A stretch of DNA of 64,000 nucleotides from Thermoplasmatota archaeon (GCA_041601615.1 JBFIHX010000006.1:32001-96000), one strand, 5' to 3'; positions 18,534-28,076 are shown, counted from the first letter of the stretch. Numbers and translations are program-made. The notes: generated by a model not told the origin, from the sequence alone.

Positions 18534-20075
18534 CTATTCGGGATTCGCGCCAGGCCGCTCTATCACCGCAATGAACGCGTCGGCCTTCTCGTTTCTTGTA
18601 TCAACCCAAACCGGGTAGGCGCGACCGGGGCCGCTGTCGAGGTCGATGTAGTCGCCCAAGAACACCATGCCGTTCTGGTGGTGGCTGAATTGCTCATCGC
18701 TGCTTTGGTCTGTCACGCGCAGGTTCTGGCTCCAAGTAACCCCGCCATCGAGGCTGAAGCTGTGGTACAAGTCAAACAAGTGGCCTGCTGGATCGTCGCG
18801 TCGGTCGTACCAAACAGCGTCCACGGTGCCGTCGGGGCCCACACTGATAACGGGCATGAATTGGTCCACGCCGTTGGTTGGGTCGTCATCATGGATGCGA
18901 ACCGGGTCCGACCATGACACTCCATCGCGGCTCCAAACCGTGCGAATCTCTGCGTCCGATCCACTGTGGTCCATCCACGTCACGTACAAGCTGCCGCCGA
19001 AGGGACCCGAGCTGCGGTCAATGGCCAAGGCCGGAAGCGCAAACGTGCGGAACACCGAGCCTTGGAGGGCGGGCCAGCCGAAAGCGCCGTTGGGTGGCGG
19101 ATTCGTGTAGTTGCCGACAATGGTGGGTTCCATCCAGCGCAAACCGTCGGGCGACCAGGAAACAATGACGTTACCGGAGCTGTCAAGTGCAGCCATCCAA
19201 GCGCGGCCAAGGTGGTCCCAGTCCACCCAAGGAAGGAATCCATCCCAGGTGCCCGGCGCGTTGACGTTGGTTGGCGCGCTCCAGCTTCGCCCCTTGTCCA
19301 AAGAAGTAGCACATTGCATGTAGCCAGGGTTGGTCAACTGACCAGCGGGGTTGTTGCCCGGCAAGGCGATTTGATAGGAAGGGTCACGGTCCCAGCACAG
19401 CAACACCGTGCCATCCGGGGCGACACTCATCCACTGCTTGTCGTGCTCCAAGCGCGGCCCAAACGCGATTTCATTCACGATGGGCCAGGTGCGACCACCG
19501 TCGATGCTTACGAGCACATACATGCTACTGCACGACCACAACCAGTCGTTGGGTCCGCCGTCAGGAAACACGTCAGCACCCGTCTTGCTGCCCGTGAACG
19601 GGTCACATTGGTAGGGCATCACCGACCAGTACGCGGTTCCATCGGGCCCAAACGCGAGCACCGGGTCCGTGGCGCACCAAAACTTGCTCAACTGCGGGTG
19701 CAGCTCAGCCGTTGGGTCACCTAGTCGCTTCCAATTGCTTCCGGGCACATTGCTGTTGGTCCAAGTTGCGCCCCCGTCGAAAGTCGCGTAGATCCCATCC
19801 CAGACACAATCACCGGCTTCGCTTGGCGTGTAGTCTTTGCCCGAGGCCAAAATGTTGCGTGGATCCGTGGGATTGACCGCGATGGTCAATTCGTTTGCTT
19901 GCCGTCCCTCGGGAGAAAGGGTGGCCTGAATGTTGCAAGCGACGCTGCAATCGAGTGTCGAGGCGGCCGGACGCGGACTTGCTTCGTGGTTGGATTCGTC
20001 TGTGCCTCCGATGCAACCCGCAAGCATCACGGTCAGCAAGAATCCCACAAGGCCAAGGACGGCCAGGTTTCGCAT
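18534..20075 (-). CDS. Sialidase-like (Asp-box) lipoprotein
   Basis: Lipobox LAGC. ANELTIAVNPTDP, TFDGGATW, SIDGGRTW, HDKQW, SLDGGVTW and FLGDYI motifs. Confidence 0.85.
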   Translation of the reverse strand: MRNLAVLGLVGFLLTVMLAGCIGGTDESNHEASPRPAASTLDCSVACNIQATLSPEGRQANELTIAVNPTDPRNILASGKDYTPSEAGDCVWDGIYATFDGGATWTNSNVPGSNWKRLGDPTAELHPQLSKFWCATDPVLAFGPDGTAYWSVMPYQCDPFTGSKTGADVFPDGGPNDWLWSCSSMYVLVSIDGGRTWPIVNEIAFGPRLEHDKQWMSVAPDGTVLLCWDRDPSYQIALPGNNPAGQLTNPGYMQCATSLDKGRSWSAPTNVNAPGTWDGFLPWVDWDHLGRAWMAALDSSGNVIVSWSPDGLRWMEPTIVGNYTNPPPNGAFGWPALQGSVFRTFALPALAIDRSSGPFGGSLYVTWMDHSGSDAEIRTVWSRDGVSWSDPVRIHDDDPTNGVDQFMPVISVGPDGTVDAVWYDRRDDPAGHLFDLYHSFSLDGGVTWSQNLRVTDQSSDEQFSHHQNGMVFLGDYIDLDSGPGRAYPVWVDTRNEKADAFIAVIERPGANPE

Positions 20076-20187
20076 AGACCATCGAGACGGAGACGAGGTG
20101 ATGAGGATTGTCACTGCCCAAGTGACGAACGAACGCGCCGCAGTGGACAAATACGCAAGTGAACCATCTTCGGCCGTGCCCCGCGCC

Positions 20188-20829
20188 ATGCGCCACGCCT
20201 TGCTTGCCGCGTCACTTCTGCTCCTACTCATACCGCCCGCCGTCGCTCAGTCCGCAACCCCCACCGCCACCGCTCGCCTCGACGGTCCCAACGCATTCGA
20301 CTCCGTTCCCGCCCGCGCCACCGCAGTCATCCCCCTCGACTTGACCCTCGAAGTCGCGGGATTCGCCTGCCTTCAAGACACCCCCTTCACGGTCGCGCTC
20401 TCAGCACGGCAAGATTCCGGCGCCCAGCACATCATTCAGCTCCACCCGAAATCCCTGACCTTCACCGTACCAGCCGGACGAGGCCTTGCCGGATACAGCC
20501 AAACCGTCGCAATCACCGCCTCCATCGACCCCGCCCCCGCCCCTGCGCCCGGCGCCGGCCCCGACTTCAGCCCAGACTCAGACCCCCGGAACACCTCCGC
20601 CCTTTTGCACGTGGTGGCCAAGGCCCCCGAAGGTGGTTGTCCAAATGCCATCACACCCGAACTGCAAGGTGACGAAGCCGCCATTCTCGTAACCTGGCAA
20701 GAACCTCCAGCCGAACCGCCCACCCGCGCCATGCCGGCGACCACGACGCTTCAAGTGCTCGCCGTTTTCTGCATTGCCTTGATACGTCTTCGTGCACCGC
20801 TCCTAAATACTGGCGGCAGCAAAGTCTGA
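20188..20829 (+). CDS. Secreted protein with C-terminal TM anchor
   Basis: Signal MRHALLAASLLLLLIPPAVA, two Cys, C-terminal MPATTTLQVLAVFCIALIRLR. Confidence 0.7.
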   Translation: MRHALLAASLLLLLIPPAVAQSATPTATARLDGPNAFDSVPARATAVIPLDLTLEVAGFACLQDTPFTVALSARQDSGAQHIIQLHPKSLTFTVPAGRGLAGYSQTVAITASIDPAPAPAPGAGPDFSPDSDPRNTSALLHVVAKAPEGGCPNAITPELQGDEAAILVTWQEPPAEPPTRAMPATTTLQVLAVFCIALIRLRAPLLNTGGSKV

Positions 20830-20878
20830 AGAAGACGCCACCGCTTATCGCGGCAGAGCACAGACTGGAGGAGCAAGA

Positions 20879-21910
20879 ATGGCAAAGGGACTCGACGTAG
20901 GAACCATGAATCTCATCGCTGCCGAGCGCAACGGTGACAAAACGACGCTAACACAACAACGCAACTCGTACGTAGAAATCGAGTACAGCGAAGTTGCCGA
21001 GAAGATGCTCGCACGAAGCGACGTCCTCTACATCCGCAAGGACAACCAAGTATTCATTGTCGGCGAAGACGCATTGAACTTCGCCAACGTATTCAACAAG
21101 GAAACGCGGCGACCAATGCAGAAAGGCATTCTGAATCGCGATGAAAAATCCGCAATTCCCATGATTCGTCTCATCATCGAACGCCTCGTAGGCGAACCGA
21201 ACCACCCCGGCGAATTGCTGTACTACACGAGCCCCGCCCGGCCCGCCGACGACGCCCGCCAGGACGTCTTGTACCACCAGAAAACCATCGAATCCATCCT
21301 ACGCAAGCTAGGCTACACCCCGCGCGTCATCAACGAAGGCATGAGCGTCGTGTACTCAGAATTGCCCGACAATCAATTCACCGGCATGGGCGTCAGCTTC
21401 GGCGCCGGCATGACCAATGTCTGCCTTGCCCACTACGGCTTGCCCGTCATGACCACCGCCGTGGCACGAGGCGGCGACTGGATCGACCAAAACGTCAGCG
21501 AGGCCACCGGCTACACCCGAGACAAAATCACAGCCTTCAAAGAAAAGGACTTCAAGCTCACGGAGGAGCCCGAGAGCGAACTGGACAGCGCCCTGACGAT
21601 CTACTACGAGAACCTCGTCGACTACGTCGTGCAGAGCATCCGCAAGGAAGTCGAGAAGGCCCGCGTCGAAGAAGGCATGACCATCCCGATTGCCATCACC
21701 GGAGGCACCGCCAGCCCCGCAGGCTTTGCCGAACTCTTCGAACGCAAACTACGCGCCGCGAACCTGCCCTTCAAGGTGGGCTCCATCAAGCACGCAAAGA
21801 GCCCCCTGTACTCCGTCGCCCTCGGCACCCTGGTGGCCGCTCGCGCCGAAGAGGAAGAGACGCTGGAAGAAGCGCCCGCCGCCAAAGCTGAATCGAAAGC
21901 CACGGCCTGA
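20879..21910 (+). CDS. volA: Actin-fold ATPase, volactin-like
   Basis: Phosphate-1 GLDVGTMN, phosphate-2 SFGAGMTN, ARGGDWID, adenosine motif ITGGTASP. QQRNSYVEIEYS, VGEDALNFAN, ETRRPM and YHQKT match haloarchaeal volactin as I recall it. GGAGG RBS. Confidence 0.85.
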   Translation: MAKGLDVGTMNLIAAERNGDKTTLTQQRNSYVEIEYSEVAEKMLARSDVLYIRKDNQVFIVGEDALNFANVFNKETRRPMQKGILNRDEKSAIPMIRLIIERLVGEPNHPGELLYYTSPARPADDARQDVLYHQKTIESILRKLGYTPRVINEGMSVVYSELPDNQFTGMGVSFGAGMTNVCLAHYGLPVMTTAVARGGDWIDQNVSEATGYTRDKITAFKEKDFKLTEEPESELDSALTIYYENLVDYVVQSIRKEVEKARVEEGMTIPIAITGGTASPAGFAELFERKLRAANLPFKVGSIKHAKSPLYSVALGTLVAARAEEEETLEEAPAAKAESKATA

Positions 21911-21916
21911 GGCTCC

Positions 21917-22813
21917 ATGGACGAGAGCCGCTACACGACGCTGTTTGGCCATGAGCAAAGCCGAACCCAGGTCTACACAGGCCTCTACCTGCTGCTGGGT
22001 GGTTTGGTCGTGGGCCTCGGCGCCGTGGGCCTATTCCTGTTTGCAGGCAGCCAGGAAGTCGCTCGGCTCTACCTGTGGCGAGAAGGAGCGTTGGCGTTGG
22101 GCGCCGTCGCCATCACCACCTTCTTTCTCGGGATCTCGGTCGCCCTGCCGTCGAATCGGTTCATGCAGCGAGCGTCCTACCTCGGCGTCTTGCTTTGCGG
22201 CGTATCGATCATTTTGTTCATGATCCACTACCCGCTCCACTTCAACGTCCAGGACTCCCTTGATCCAAACCAACAGGACTACACCGCCGTCGACACCATC
22301 CTGTTTGCCCTCGGCTTGTCCATCATGGTCGCAGGCGCCTTCGTGAGCGTCGTCGGCTACTACATCCAACGCCTAAGCCAGTGGGTCGAACCCGAATCGT
22401 ACGTCGACGAATTTGGCAACAAGACCTACGAAGTGCCTGACTGGGTGGTCGAGAAGGACCTCGAAGATGCCATGGATCGACACGGCGTCTCCTGGGGCAT
22501 GGGCGACGACGCAACGTCCCTGCAAATCAACGTCCGCGACGACATGGACGGAGCCGTCATCAACGCCAAGGGCCGCGTAAACATAGTCGAAATCGACGCC
22601 AAAGACAACGACGAAGCCGTGGGCGCACTCGTAGGAATGCGACCCGAGAACCGCAACCGCCGCACAGTGGCCGCAGACGAAGTGGACGATCCCGTCGCAG
22701 CGCTTCGCGCCTTCCGCAAACAAGTCAAAGAAGACCCCAAAGCGTTCCGCGTCAAACAAGGTGGCCTTCGCAAACCCCGCCAAGGCGGCCCCAAACTCGG
22801 AGAGGAACCGTGA
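21917..22813 (+). CDS. 4-TM membrane protein with charged cytoplasmic tail (DUF7139/CdpA N-terminal-like)
   Basis: Four hydrophobic helices with WRE.A..LG, LP...RA..LG and F..HYP patterns reminiscent of the haloarchaeal DUF7139/CdpA-N family (from memory). Starts 6 bp after the actin gene. Confidence 0.6.
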   Translation: MDESRYTTLFGHEQSRTQVYTGLYLLLGGLVVGLGAVGLFLFAGSQEVARLYLWREGALALGAVAITTFFLGISVALPSNRFMQRASYLGVLLCGVSIILFMIHYPLHFNVQDSLDPNQQDYTAVDTILFALGLSIMVAGAFVSVVGYYIQRLSQWVEPESYVDEFGNKTYEVPDWVVEKDLEDAMDRHGVSWGMGDDATSLQINVRDDMDGAVINAKGRVNIVEIDAKDNDEAVGALVGMRPENRNRRTVAADEVDDPVAALRAFRKQVKEDPKAFRVKQGGLRKPRQGGPKLGEEP

Positions 22814-24612
22814 CCACGAAAGAGTCCGACGAGTTTGAGATCCGCGCCCAAAAAAAGCCAAGCCACGTCGAAGCGAACGGACACGCACCCAAGGACCACG
22901 TCGAAGTCGCCCACGACAAAGGCAAGCGCACCCACGCCGAGGACCACGCAGACCTCGACGTTGGATCCTTCGAAGTTGCCCGCGATGCGCCTCCCGTGCG
23001 CGTCGAAGTCCCCCTCAAGGCCGGGCCGTTTCGCATCGTCCGGCGACAGCGCCACGCCCAGCCCTGGAGCGAACCCGAACCAGACGTGGAACTGGCCCAA
23101 CCCAATCGACGAGACCCGGGCCCCTCCGTGGTCTCCGACCTCGCCCCCGGCCCCGTGGAGGTCCAAGAACGCGAACAACGCAACGCAGACGCCGCAGACC
23201 TTGTTCCTGGCGAAGCAGAAATTCAAGTGCCCCGTCGCAAGCAAGCCACAGCCTCCGATCTAAGCCCCGGCCAAGCAGAGGTGCACAAACCGCGACGCCG
23301 CCGCGCCGACGCCTCGGATTTGACCCCCACCGCCGCAGAGATACATCGCCCGTCGACGCGCACTGCCGATGTCTCGGATTTGGCACCAGGAAAACCGCGC
23401 ATCACCCGCACCACCCCACGAAAAGCGGAGGCAAGCGACCTCATTCCCGGAGAAGCCGAAGTGCAACACGCCACGCGCCGCATCGCAGACACAAGTGATC
23501 TAGCACCAGCAGAACCCGAAGTGCAGCAACGAATCCAACGCCGCGCCGATACCTCCGATATGAAAACCGGCACCGTGGACATCCAACAACAAGCCGCAAG
23601 CAACGGCCCGGACGTAACCGATCTAGCCCCAGGTCCGCCAGAGGTGCAACGGCACGAGAGCCATGGCCCCGATGTAACGGATCTAAAACTGGGCGAACCC
23701 GAAGTGCAGCGGCACGAAAGCCAGGGCCCCGATGTCCGCGACCTTCGCACCGGCAAAACCGAAGTGCAGCAGCCCGAACAGCGACGCGCCGATGCTTCAG
23801 ACCTGGCCCCCGGACCCGCCAAAGTGCAGCAACACACCCGCCGCGTCCCCCGCACCTCGGACATGAAACCGGGAACACCCGAAGTGCAAGAACTGCCCCG
23901 GCGAACCGCAGACGCTTCTGATCTTGCCCCCGGAGAAACCGAAGTCCAGGAACACACCCGCCGCATCCCCGATGCCTCCGACATGAGCCCTGGAGCAGCC
24001 GAAGTCCAAGAACACAAGCGGCGCATTCCAGATACCTCCGACTTCGAGCCCGGCGCAACCGAAGTACACGAACGAACCCGCCGCATCCCCGATACCTCCG
24101 ACATGGCCCCCGGCGCCGCCCGCGTGCGCACCCACGAAAGCCACGCGCCCGACGTATCCGACCTCGCCCCAGACGAGCCCCAAGTCCGCCAGCGCAAAGA
24201 ACGCAGCATCGACACCAGCGGCCTCGAAATCGGCCTCCCACGCGTCGAAACCGCACGCGGCACACCTATCCCCCAAGCCAGCCGCGGCACCCTAGACGCC
24301 GACGTGGAAATCATCCCCCCCGGCCTCCGCCCCGACGGAACCCCCCACGGATCAAAACCCCGCCCCATGTTCGTTCGCAGCCTCATGGCCGCCGCCGAAA
24401 CCGAAGTCCGCTCCACCAAAGGCAACCCCGTAGACTCACCCTTTCCCATGGACAAACAAGGAGACGCCGCCGTCCGGTACGACACCGACTCCGTATGGAC
24501 GCCGAGAGAGTTGCGGCGGTCGTATGTGGAAGGGGAAGAACAACCAGCACCCAAACGGAACCGCCAGAAGGCGCCGAACGAAAAAGTGACGGTCGTGGAC
24601 GAAGAGGAGTGA
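22810..24612 (+). CDS. 600-aa hydrophilic tandem-repeat protein
   Basis: GTGA overlap with the upstream gene. About 19 copies of a 20-aa unit. No signal peptide or TM segment. Confidence 0.8.
   Translation: MTTKESDEFEIRAQKKPSHVEANGHAPKDHVEVAHDKGKRTHAEDHADLDVGSFEVARDAPPVRVEVPLKAGPFRIVRRQRHAQPWSEPEPDVELAQPNRRDPGPSVVSDLAPGPVEVQEREQRNADAADLVPGEAEIQVPRRKQATASDLSPGQAEVHKPRRRRADASDLTPTAAEIHRPSTRTADVSDLAPGKPRITRTTPRKAEASDLIPGEAEVQHATRRIADTSDLAPAEPEVQQRIQRRADTSDMKTGTVDIQQQAASNGPDVTDLAPGPPEVQRHESHGPDVTDLKLGEPEVQRHESQGPDVRDLRTGKTEVQQPEQRRADASDLAPGPAKVQQHTRRVPRTSDMKPGTPEVQELPRRTADASDLAPGETEVQEHTRRIPDASDMSPGAAEVQEHKRRIPDTSDFEPGATEVHERTRRIPDTSDMAPGAARVRTHESHAPDVSDLAPDEPQVRQRKERSIDTSGLEIGLPRVETARGTPIPQASRGTLDADVEIIPPGLRPDGTPHGSKPRPMFVRSLMAAAETEVRSTKGNPVDSPFPMDKQGDAAVRYDTDSVWTPRELRRSYVEGEEQPAPKRNRQKAPNEKVTVVDEEE
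23128..24270 (+). repeat. About 19 in-frame 60-bp repeats encoding D(A/T/V)SDL(A)PG(E)xEVQxxxRRx(A/P)
   Basis: Counted from the translation: 18 units of 20 aa and one of 21 aa. Units are degenerate at synonymous sites. Confidence 0.9.
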
Positions 24613-24660
24613 ACCGGCCCTCGCTGCGGCATCGAGGCGCCGCCTTCGACACCCTCATAA

Positions 24661-24684
24661 AACTGTAGTTCTACAGTTCTACAG
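24661..24684 (+). promoter_or_regulatory. Probable TA autoregulatory operator
   Basis: Perfect inverted repeat AACTGTAG-tt-CTACAGTT (24661-24678) plus a second TTCTACAG copy, between an ATAAAA box and ATG 24686. Confidence 0.65.
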
Positions 24685-24685
24685 C

Positions 24686-25093
24686 ATGGTGACGACGCAG
24701 CTAACCGCCGAGACGCACCAAGCGCTCCAAGATCGAAAGCGGAGCATGAACGCACGGTCCATCGACGCGGTGATTCAGGAACTGCTCGCCCCGCGCCCAC
24801 ACAAAGAAACGGTACTCGCTCGCCTGCGGTCCGTCGCCCCGGCACTGCTCGGTTTCGGGGTGCGACGACTCCGCCTCTTCGGCTCCGTAGCCACCGACAC
24901 CGCCCGACCCGGCTCCGACATCGACATGATCGTGGACTTGGAAGGAGACCGAGACTACGTCGATCTTGCCCGCGTGCAAAGGTTCATGGAAACGGTCCTC
25001 GGCGCCAAGTGCGACCTCGTGCTTCCCCGCGCCCTGCACCCCAACCTCGAAGCAGGAATCATGGCGCAAGCAATGGAGGTGGACCTTGACTGA
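24686..25093 (+). CDS. mntA: Minimal nucleotidyltransferase (MNT) antitoxin with N-terminal RHH-like DNA-binding region
   Basis: LFGSVATDTARPGSDIDMIV (GS-x10-DxD). The N-terminus TTQLTAETHQAL...SIDAVIQELL is RHH-like. Confidence 0.85.
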   Translation: MVTTQLTAETHQALQDRKRSMNARSIDAVIQELLAPRPHKETVLARLRSVAPALLGFGVRRLRLFGSVATDTARPGSDIDMIVDLEGDRDYVDLARVQRFMETVLGAKCDLVLPRALHPNLEAGIMAQAMEVDLD

Positions 25094-25439
25094 ACGCGAC
25101 CGATTCTGGGTCCAAGAAACCCTCGAACAAGCCGAGAAAGCCATCGAATTTGCCCAAGGAACGGACGAAGTGCACTTGATGGCGATGCTCAAAGCGGTTG
25201 AGAATTTGTTTGAGGCCACGACTGCATTATCTGACGAGGCGAGGGATGCACTGTTTCCAGATCCCGATGAATACGCCGATTTGAGAGGGGTTCGGAATTA
25301 CTACGTCCATCAGTACCACCGCGTCGATGCGGCGATGGCTAGAAGAACAGTGACGCGGCATTTTCCGGGGATTGTGGAGAGGGCGAGGGACTGGATTTTC
25401 CAGATTGACGAAGTTCCCAGGGGTCGCAAGAGAGCTTAG
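25086..25439 (+). CDS. hepT: HEPN (DUF86) RNase toxin
   Basis: LRGVRNYYVHQY (R-x4-H-x-Y). TTG 25086 with GGAGGTG RBS, overlapping the MNT stop. Confidence 0.85.
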   Translation: MTERDRFWVQETLEQAEKAIEFAQGTDEVHLMAMLKAVENLFEATTALSDEARDALFPDPDEYADLRGVRNYYVHQYHRVDAAMARRTVTRHFPGIVERARDWIFQIDEVPRGRKRA

Positions 25440-26989
25440 ATAACCGTCCCATGCCCCTTCCTCGGCAGCGCCAAGTGCTTCCCTGCGTAGGTCTCCATCC
25501 TCGCAATCAACTCCTTCCTCAATTCAGCGGGAGGAACGATGTGGTCCACGATCAAGTCGTTGGCGGTGACGTGGATGTCAATATCGGCGCGGTACTCATC
25601 CCGCTTCGCAACAATCCATGCCTCTCGCTCTACAGGGTCGGCAATGGCGGCGATGTGGTTGGCGTAAACGGCGTTGATGGCGGCTTCGGCGCCCATGACG
25701 GCGATTTCGGCGCCGGGAAGCGCTAGGGTCGCGTCGGGTTCGAAGGCGGGTCCGCACATGGCGTAGATGCCGGCACCGTAGGCTTTTCGCACGGCCACAC
25801 AGAACTTGGGCACGGTAGCGGTGCTGGTTGCGTAGATGAATTTCTTGCCTCGCTTCAGGATGCCCATTTTTTCGACTTCGCTGCCGACCATGAAGCCGGG
25901 GGTGTCGCAGAGGTACACGAGTGGGACGTTGTAGGCGTCGCAGGTCGTGATGAATTCGGCGGCTTTGTCGGCACTGTGTGGGAAGATGGCGCCGGCTCGG
26001 TGTTGGCTGTTGTTGGCGACGATGCCGACGGGGCGGCCGCCGATGCGGGCAAAGCCGGTGATGAGTTCCTCGGCGTGTTGGGCTTTGATTTCGAACCAGC
26101 TGTCGGCGTCGACGGTGCAGTCGATGAGCTCGTGCATGTCGAAGGCTTGGTTGGGGTCGTCGGGGACGATGCCGTCGAGTTCCGTGGGGCTGCGGGCGGG
26201 CTCTCTCGCTTCGTAGACGGGGGGCCGTTCGTCGCAATTGTCGGGCAAGTAGCTGAGGAGTCGCTTGACGGCGAGTGCCGCTTCTTCCTCTGTGTCCACG
26301 ACGACGTGGCATTGGCCGGATTCCTGCATGTGCAAGTCCGCGCCTCCGAGTTCTTGCATGGTGATCGCTTCCCCCGTGACCATTTCGACCATGCGGGGAC
26401 TTGCGATGCAGAGAGCACTCATGCCGCGCACCATAATCGAAAAGTCGCAGAAGATTGGCGTGTAGGCGGCGCCCGCGACACAGGGGCCGTAGAGGACGCT
26501 GATTTGTGGAATTTTGCCGCTGAGGATGCTGTGGTTGTAGAAGTATTTGCCAATGCCTCGGATGTTGGCAAAGAAGCCGGCTTGGTCCGTGATTCGTGCG
26601 CCGGAGGAGTCGATGAGGTAGAGAATCGGTTTTTGGGCGCGCTGGGCGCGTTCCTGGACGCGAATGAATTTCTCCACGCCGCGCTCGGCCATGCTGCCGG
26701 CTTTCACGGTGTAGTCGTTGGCGATGACGAAGACAGTGCGGTCGTGGATGTCGCCGGCGCCCGTGACCATGCCATCGGCGGCGAGGCCCTCGTCGGCCTT
26801 CTGGTTGTTTGCAAACAAGCCGTCCTCGAAGCGCAGGCCGTTCGGGAAGTACAAATCGAGTCGGTCGCGCACGAAGAATTTGCCCACGGACGAGAGGCGG
26901 TCCTTGTACTTCTGGGGGCCGCCAAGGCGCAAACGCTCGATGTCGGCGCGGATGGCGTCCTCGCGGGTGGGGGACGGCGGTGGGCTCAT
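25436..26989 (-). CDS. Acyl-CoA carboxylase carboxyltransferase (beta) subunit, methylcrotonyl-CoA-carboxylase-like
   Basis: ANDYTVKAGS, DSSGARI, GPCVAGAAY, ELGGA, DTPGFMVG and RKAYGAG motifs. Confidence 0.92.
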   Translation of the reverse strand: MSPPPSPTREDAIRADIERLRLGGPQKYKDRLSSVGKFFVRDRLDLYFPNGLRFEDGLFANNQKADEGLAADGMVTGAGDIHDRTVFVIANDYTVKAGSMAERGVEKFIRVQERAQRAQKPILYLIDSSGARITDQAGFFANIRGIGKYFYNHSILSGKIPQISVLYGPCVAGAAYTPIFCDFSIMVRGMSALCIASPRMVEMVTGEAITMQELGGADLHMQESGQCHVVVDTEEEAALAVKRLLSYLPDNCDERPPVYEAREPARSPTELDGIVPDDPNQAFDMHELIDCTVDADSWFEIKAQHAEELITGFARIGGRPVGIVANNSQHRAGAIFPHSADKAAEFITTCDAYNVPLVYLCDTPGFMVGSEVEKMGILKRGKKFIYATSTATVPKFCVAVRKAYGAGIYAMCGPAFEPDATLALPGAEIAVMGAEAAINAVYANHIAAIADPVEREAWIVAKRDEYRADIDIHVTANDLIVDHIVPPAELRKELIARMETYAGKHLALPRKGHGTVI

Positions 26990-27098
26990 GTCCGGCGCAC
27001 AGAGCACGAGCCTTTCAACGGCGCGGTCGGGTCCGCAGAGGGCACGGGGAACAAAACGACGGAAAACACCGAAAATGCGACGAAAATCGAGGCGCCTG

Positions 27099-27605
27099 AT
27101 GCGCACTGCGTCCATTCTCACTGCAAGCTTCTTGATCGCCATCGCTGCGTTTTCGTCCCCGGTAAGTGCAGCCAGCAACACGCCGGACGTCTGCGCCGCC
27201 GATGCCATGGTCCCCTGCGAGGCCCTGTGCAATGCCGAGGCTACACTTTGTGACCCCGTCATGTTTGCCGCCCAAGCCATCGCCGACAACGGCGGATGGG
27301 TCTTCGACGCGGCCTCCTCCAGCGCCGACGACCTGCTGAACCAAGCTTGCGCCCAAGCCAACGCTGCTGCGTCCTGCGATGGACTCAAGGCTCAATTCTG
27401 GGGCGCCTGCGCGTCCACCTCGGAACGCCTCGGCAGCACTGGCGATGATGCTTGCGAACCCCTTGGTTCCTGGAAGGGCTGGGTTGCCCTGGGTTGCACC
27501 CTCGTCGGTGTGGGCATCATCATCGGCACTGGTGGATCCCCCGGCGGCTTCCTGCTTGGCGGCTCGATCATGGGCTGGTGCTTTGCCATCATCTCGGTTC
27601 TCTAA
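27099..27605 (+). CDS. Secreted Cys-rich protein with Gly-rich hydrophobic C-terminal hairpin (bacteriocin/archaeocin-like)
   Basis: Sec signal ending VSA, 10 Cys, C-terminus GWVALGCTLVGVGIIIGTGGSPGGFLLGGSIMGWCFAIISVL. Confidence 0.7.
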   Translation: MRTASILTASFLIAIAAFSSPVSAASNTPDVCAADAMVPCEALCNAEATLCDPVMFAAQAIADNGGWVFDAASSSADDLLNQACAQANAAASCDGLKAQFWGACASTSERLGSTGDDACEPLGSWKGWVALGCTLVGVGIIIGTGGSPGGFLLGGSIMGWCFAIISVL

Positions 27606-27827
27606 GCCCCCGATGCATGGGATCTGGTGCTTGTCTCTTGAGGCAATTCCTTCTCCAATTCCTTCTCCTTTCCGATTTCTCATACCTTGTTGACGCTGCT
27701 TGCGAGACCTCTTCATGTTCAACTGAGCGCCCCGCTCCATTGGTCCATTCGGTGGCGCCTGGGATCTGTTTTGGATGTGTGGGAACCGCCCGCAAGAGAC
27801 CAAATGGCGTCGGCCAATTGTGTTGCT

Positions 27828-28076
27828 ATGCGCGCAATCCAAGTGGCCGCCCTCGTAGCCATGCTCGTCTTCTCGCTCCTGGTTCTCCCAGGCACCGCCT
27901 CTGCGGCTCCTTGTCAGGGCCCCAACGAATCGGTGTACGACGACATTCAAGACACTCGCAACGGCAATGTGCAGTGTGGCAGCCTGACCAATCCATGCTT
28001 CCTCGATGGTTCCAGTTGCTACGGTTGCGGCCCCGACGTCCTAGAATGGATTATTGGCCCCATCTACTGCGTCTAG
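27828..28076 (+). CDS. Secreted 6-Cys peptide, paralog 1
   Basis: Signal ending ASA. Mature APCQGPN..DD..DT.NG.V.CGSL..PCF...C..C.PD...WIIGPIYCV. Confidence 0.8.
   Translation: MRAIQVAALVAMLVFSLLVLPGTASAAPCQGPNESVYDDIQDTRNGNVQCGSLTNPCFLDGSSCYGCGPDVLEWIIGPIYCV

Noticed and set aside
23128-24270. 60-bp periodicity as a possible CRISPR array
   Set aside because: The units are in frame, degenerate at wobble positions and lack an identical-repeat/unique-spacer structure. No cas genes are present.
27643-27672. caattccttctc tandem duplication downstream of the Cys-rich gene
   Set aside because: Only two 12-bp copies in a pyrimidine-rich, terminator-like tract; too weak to interpret.
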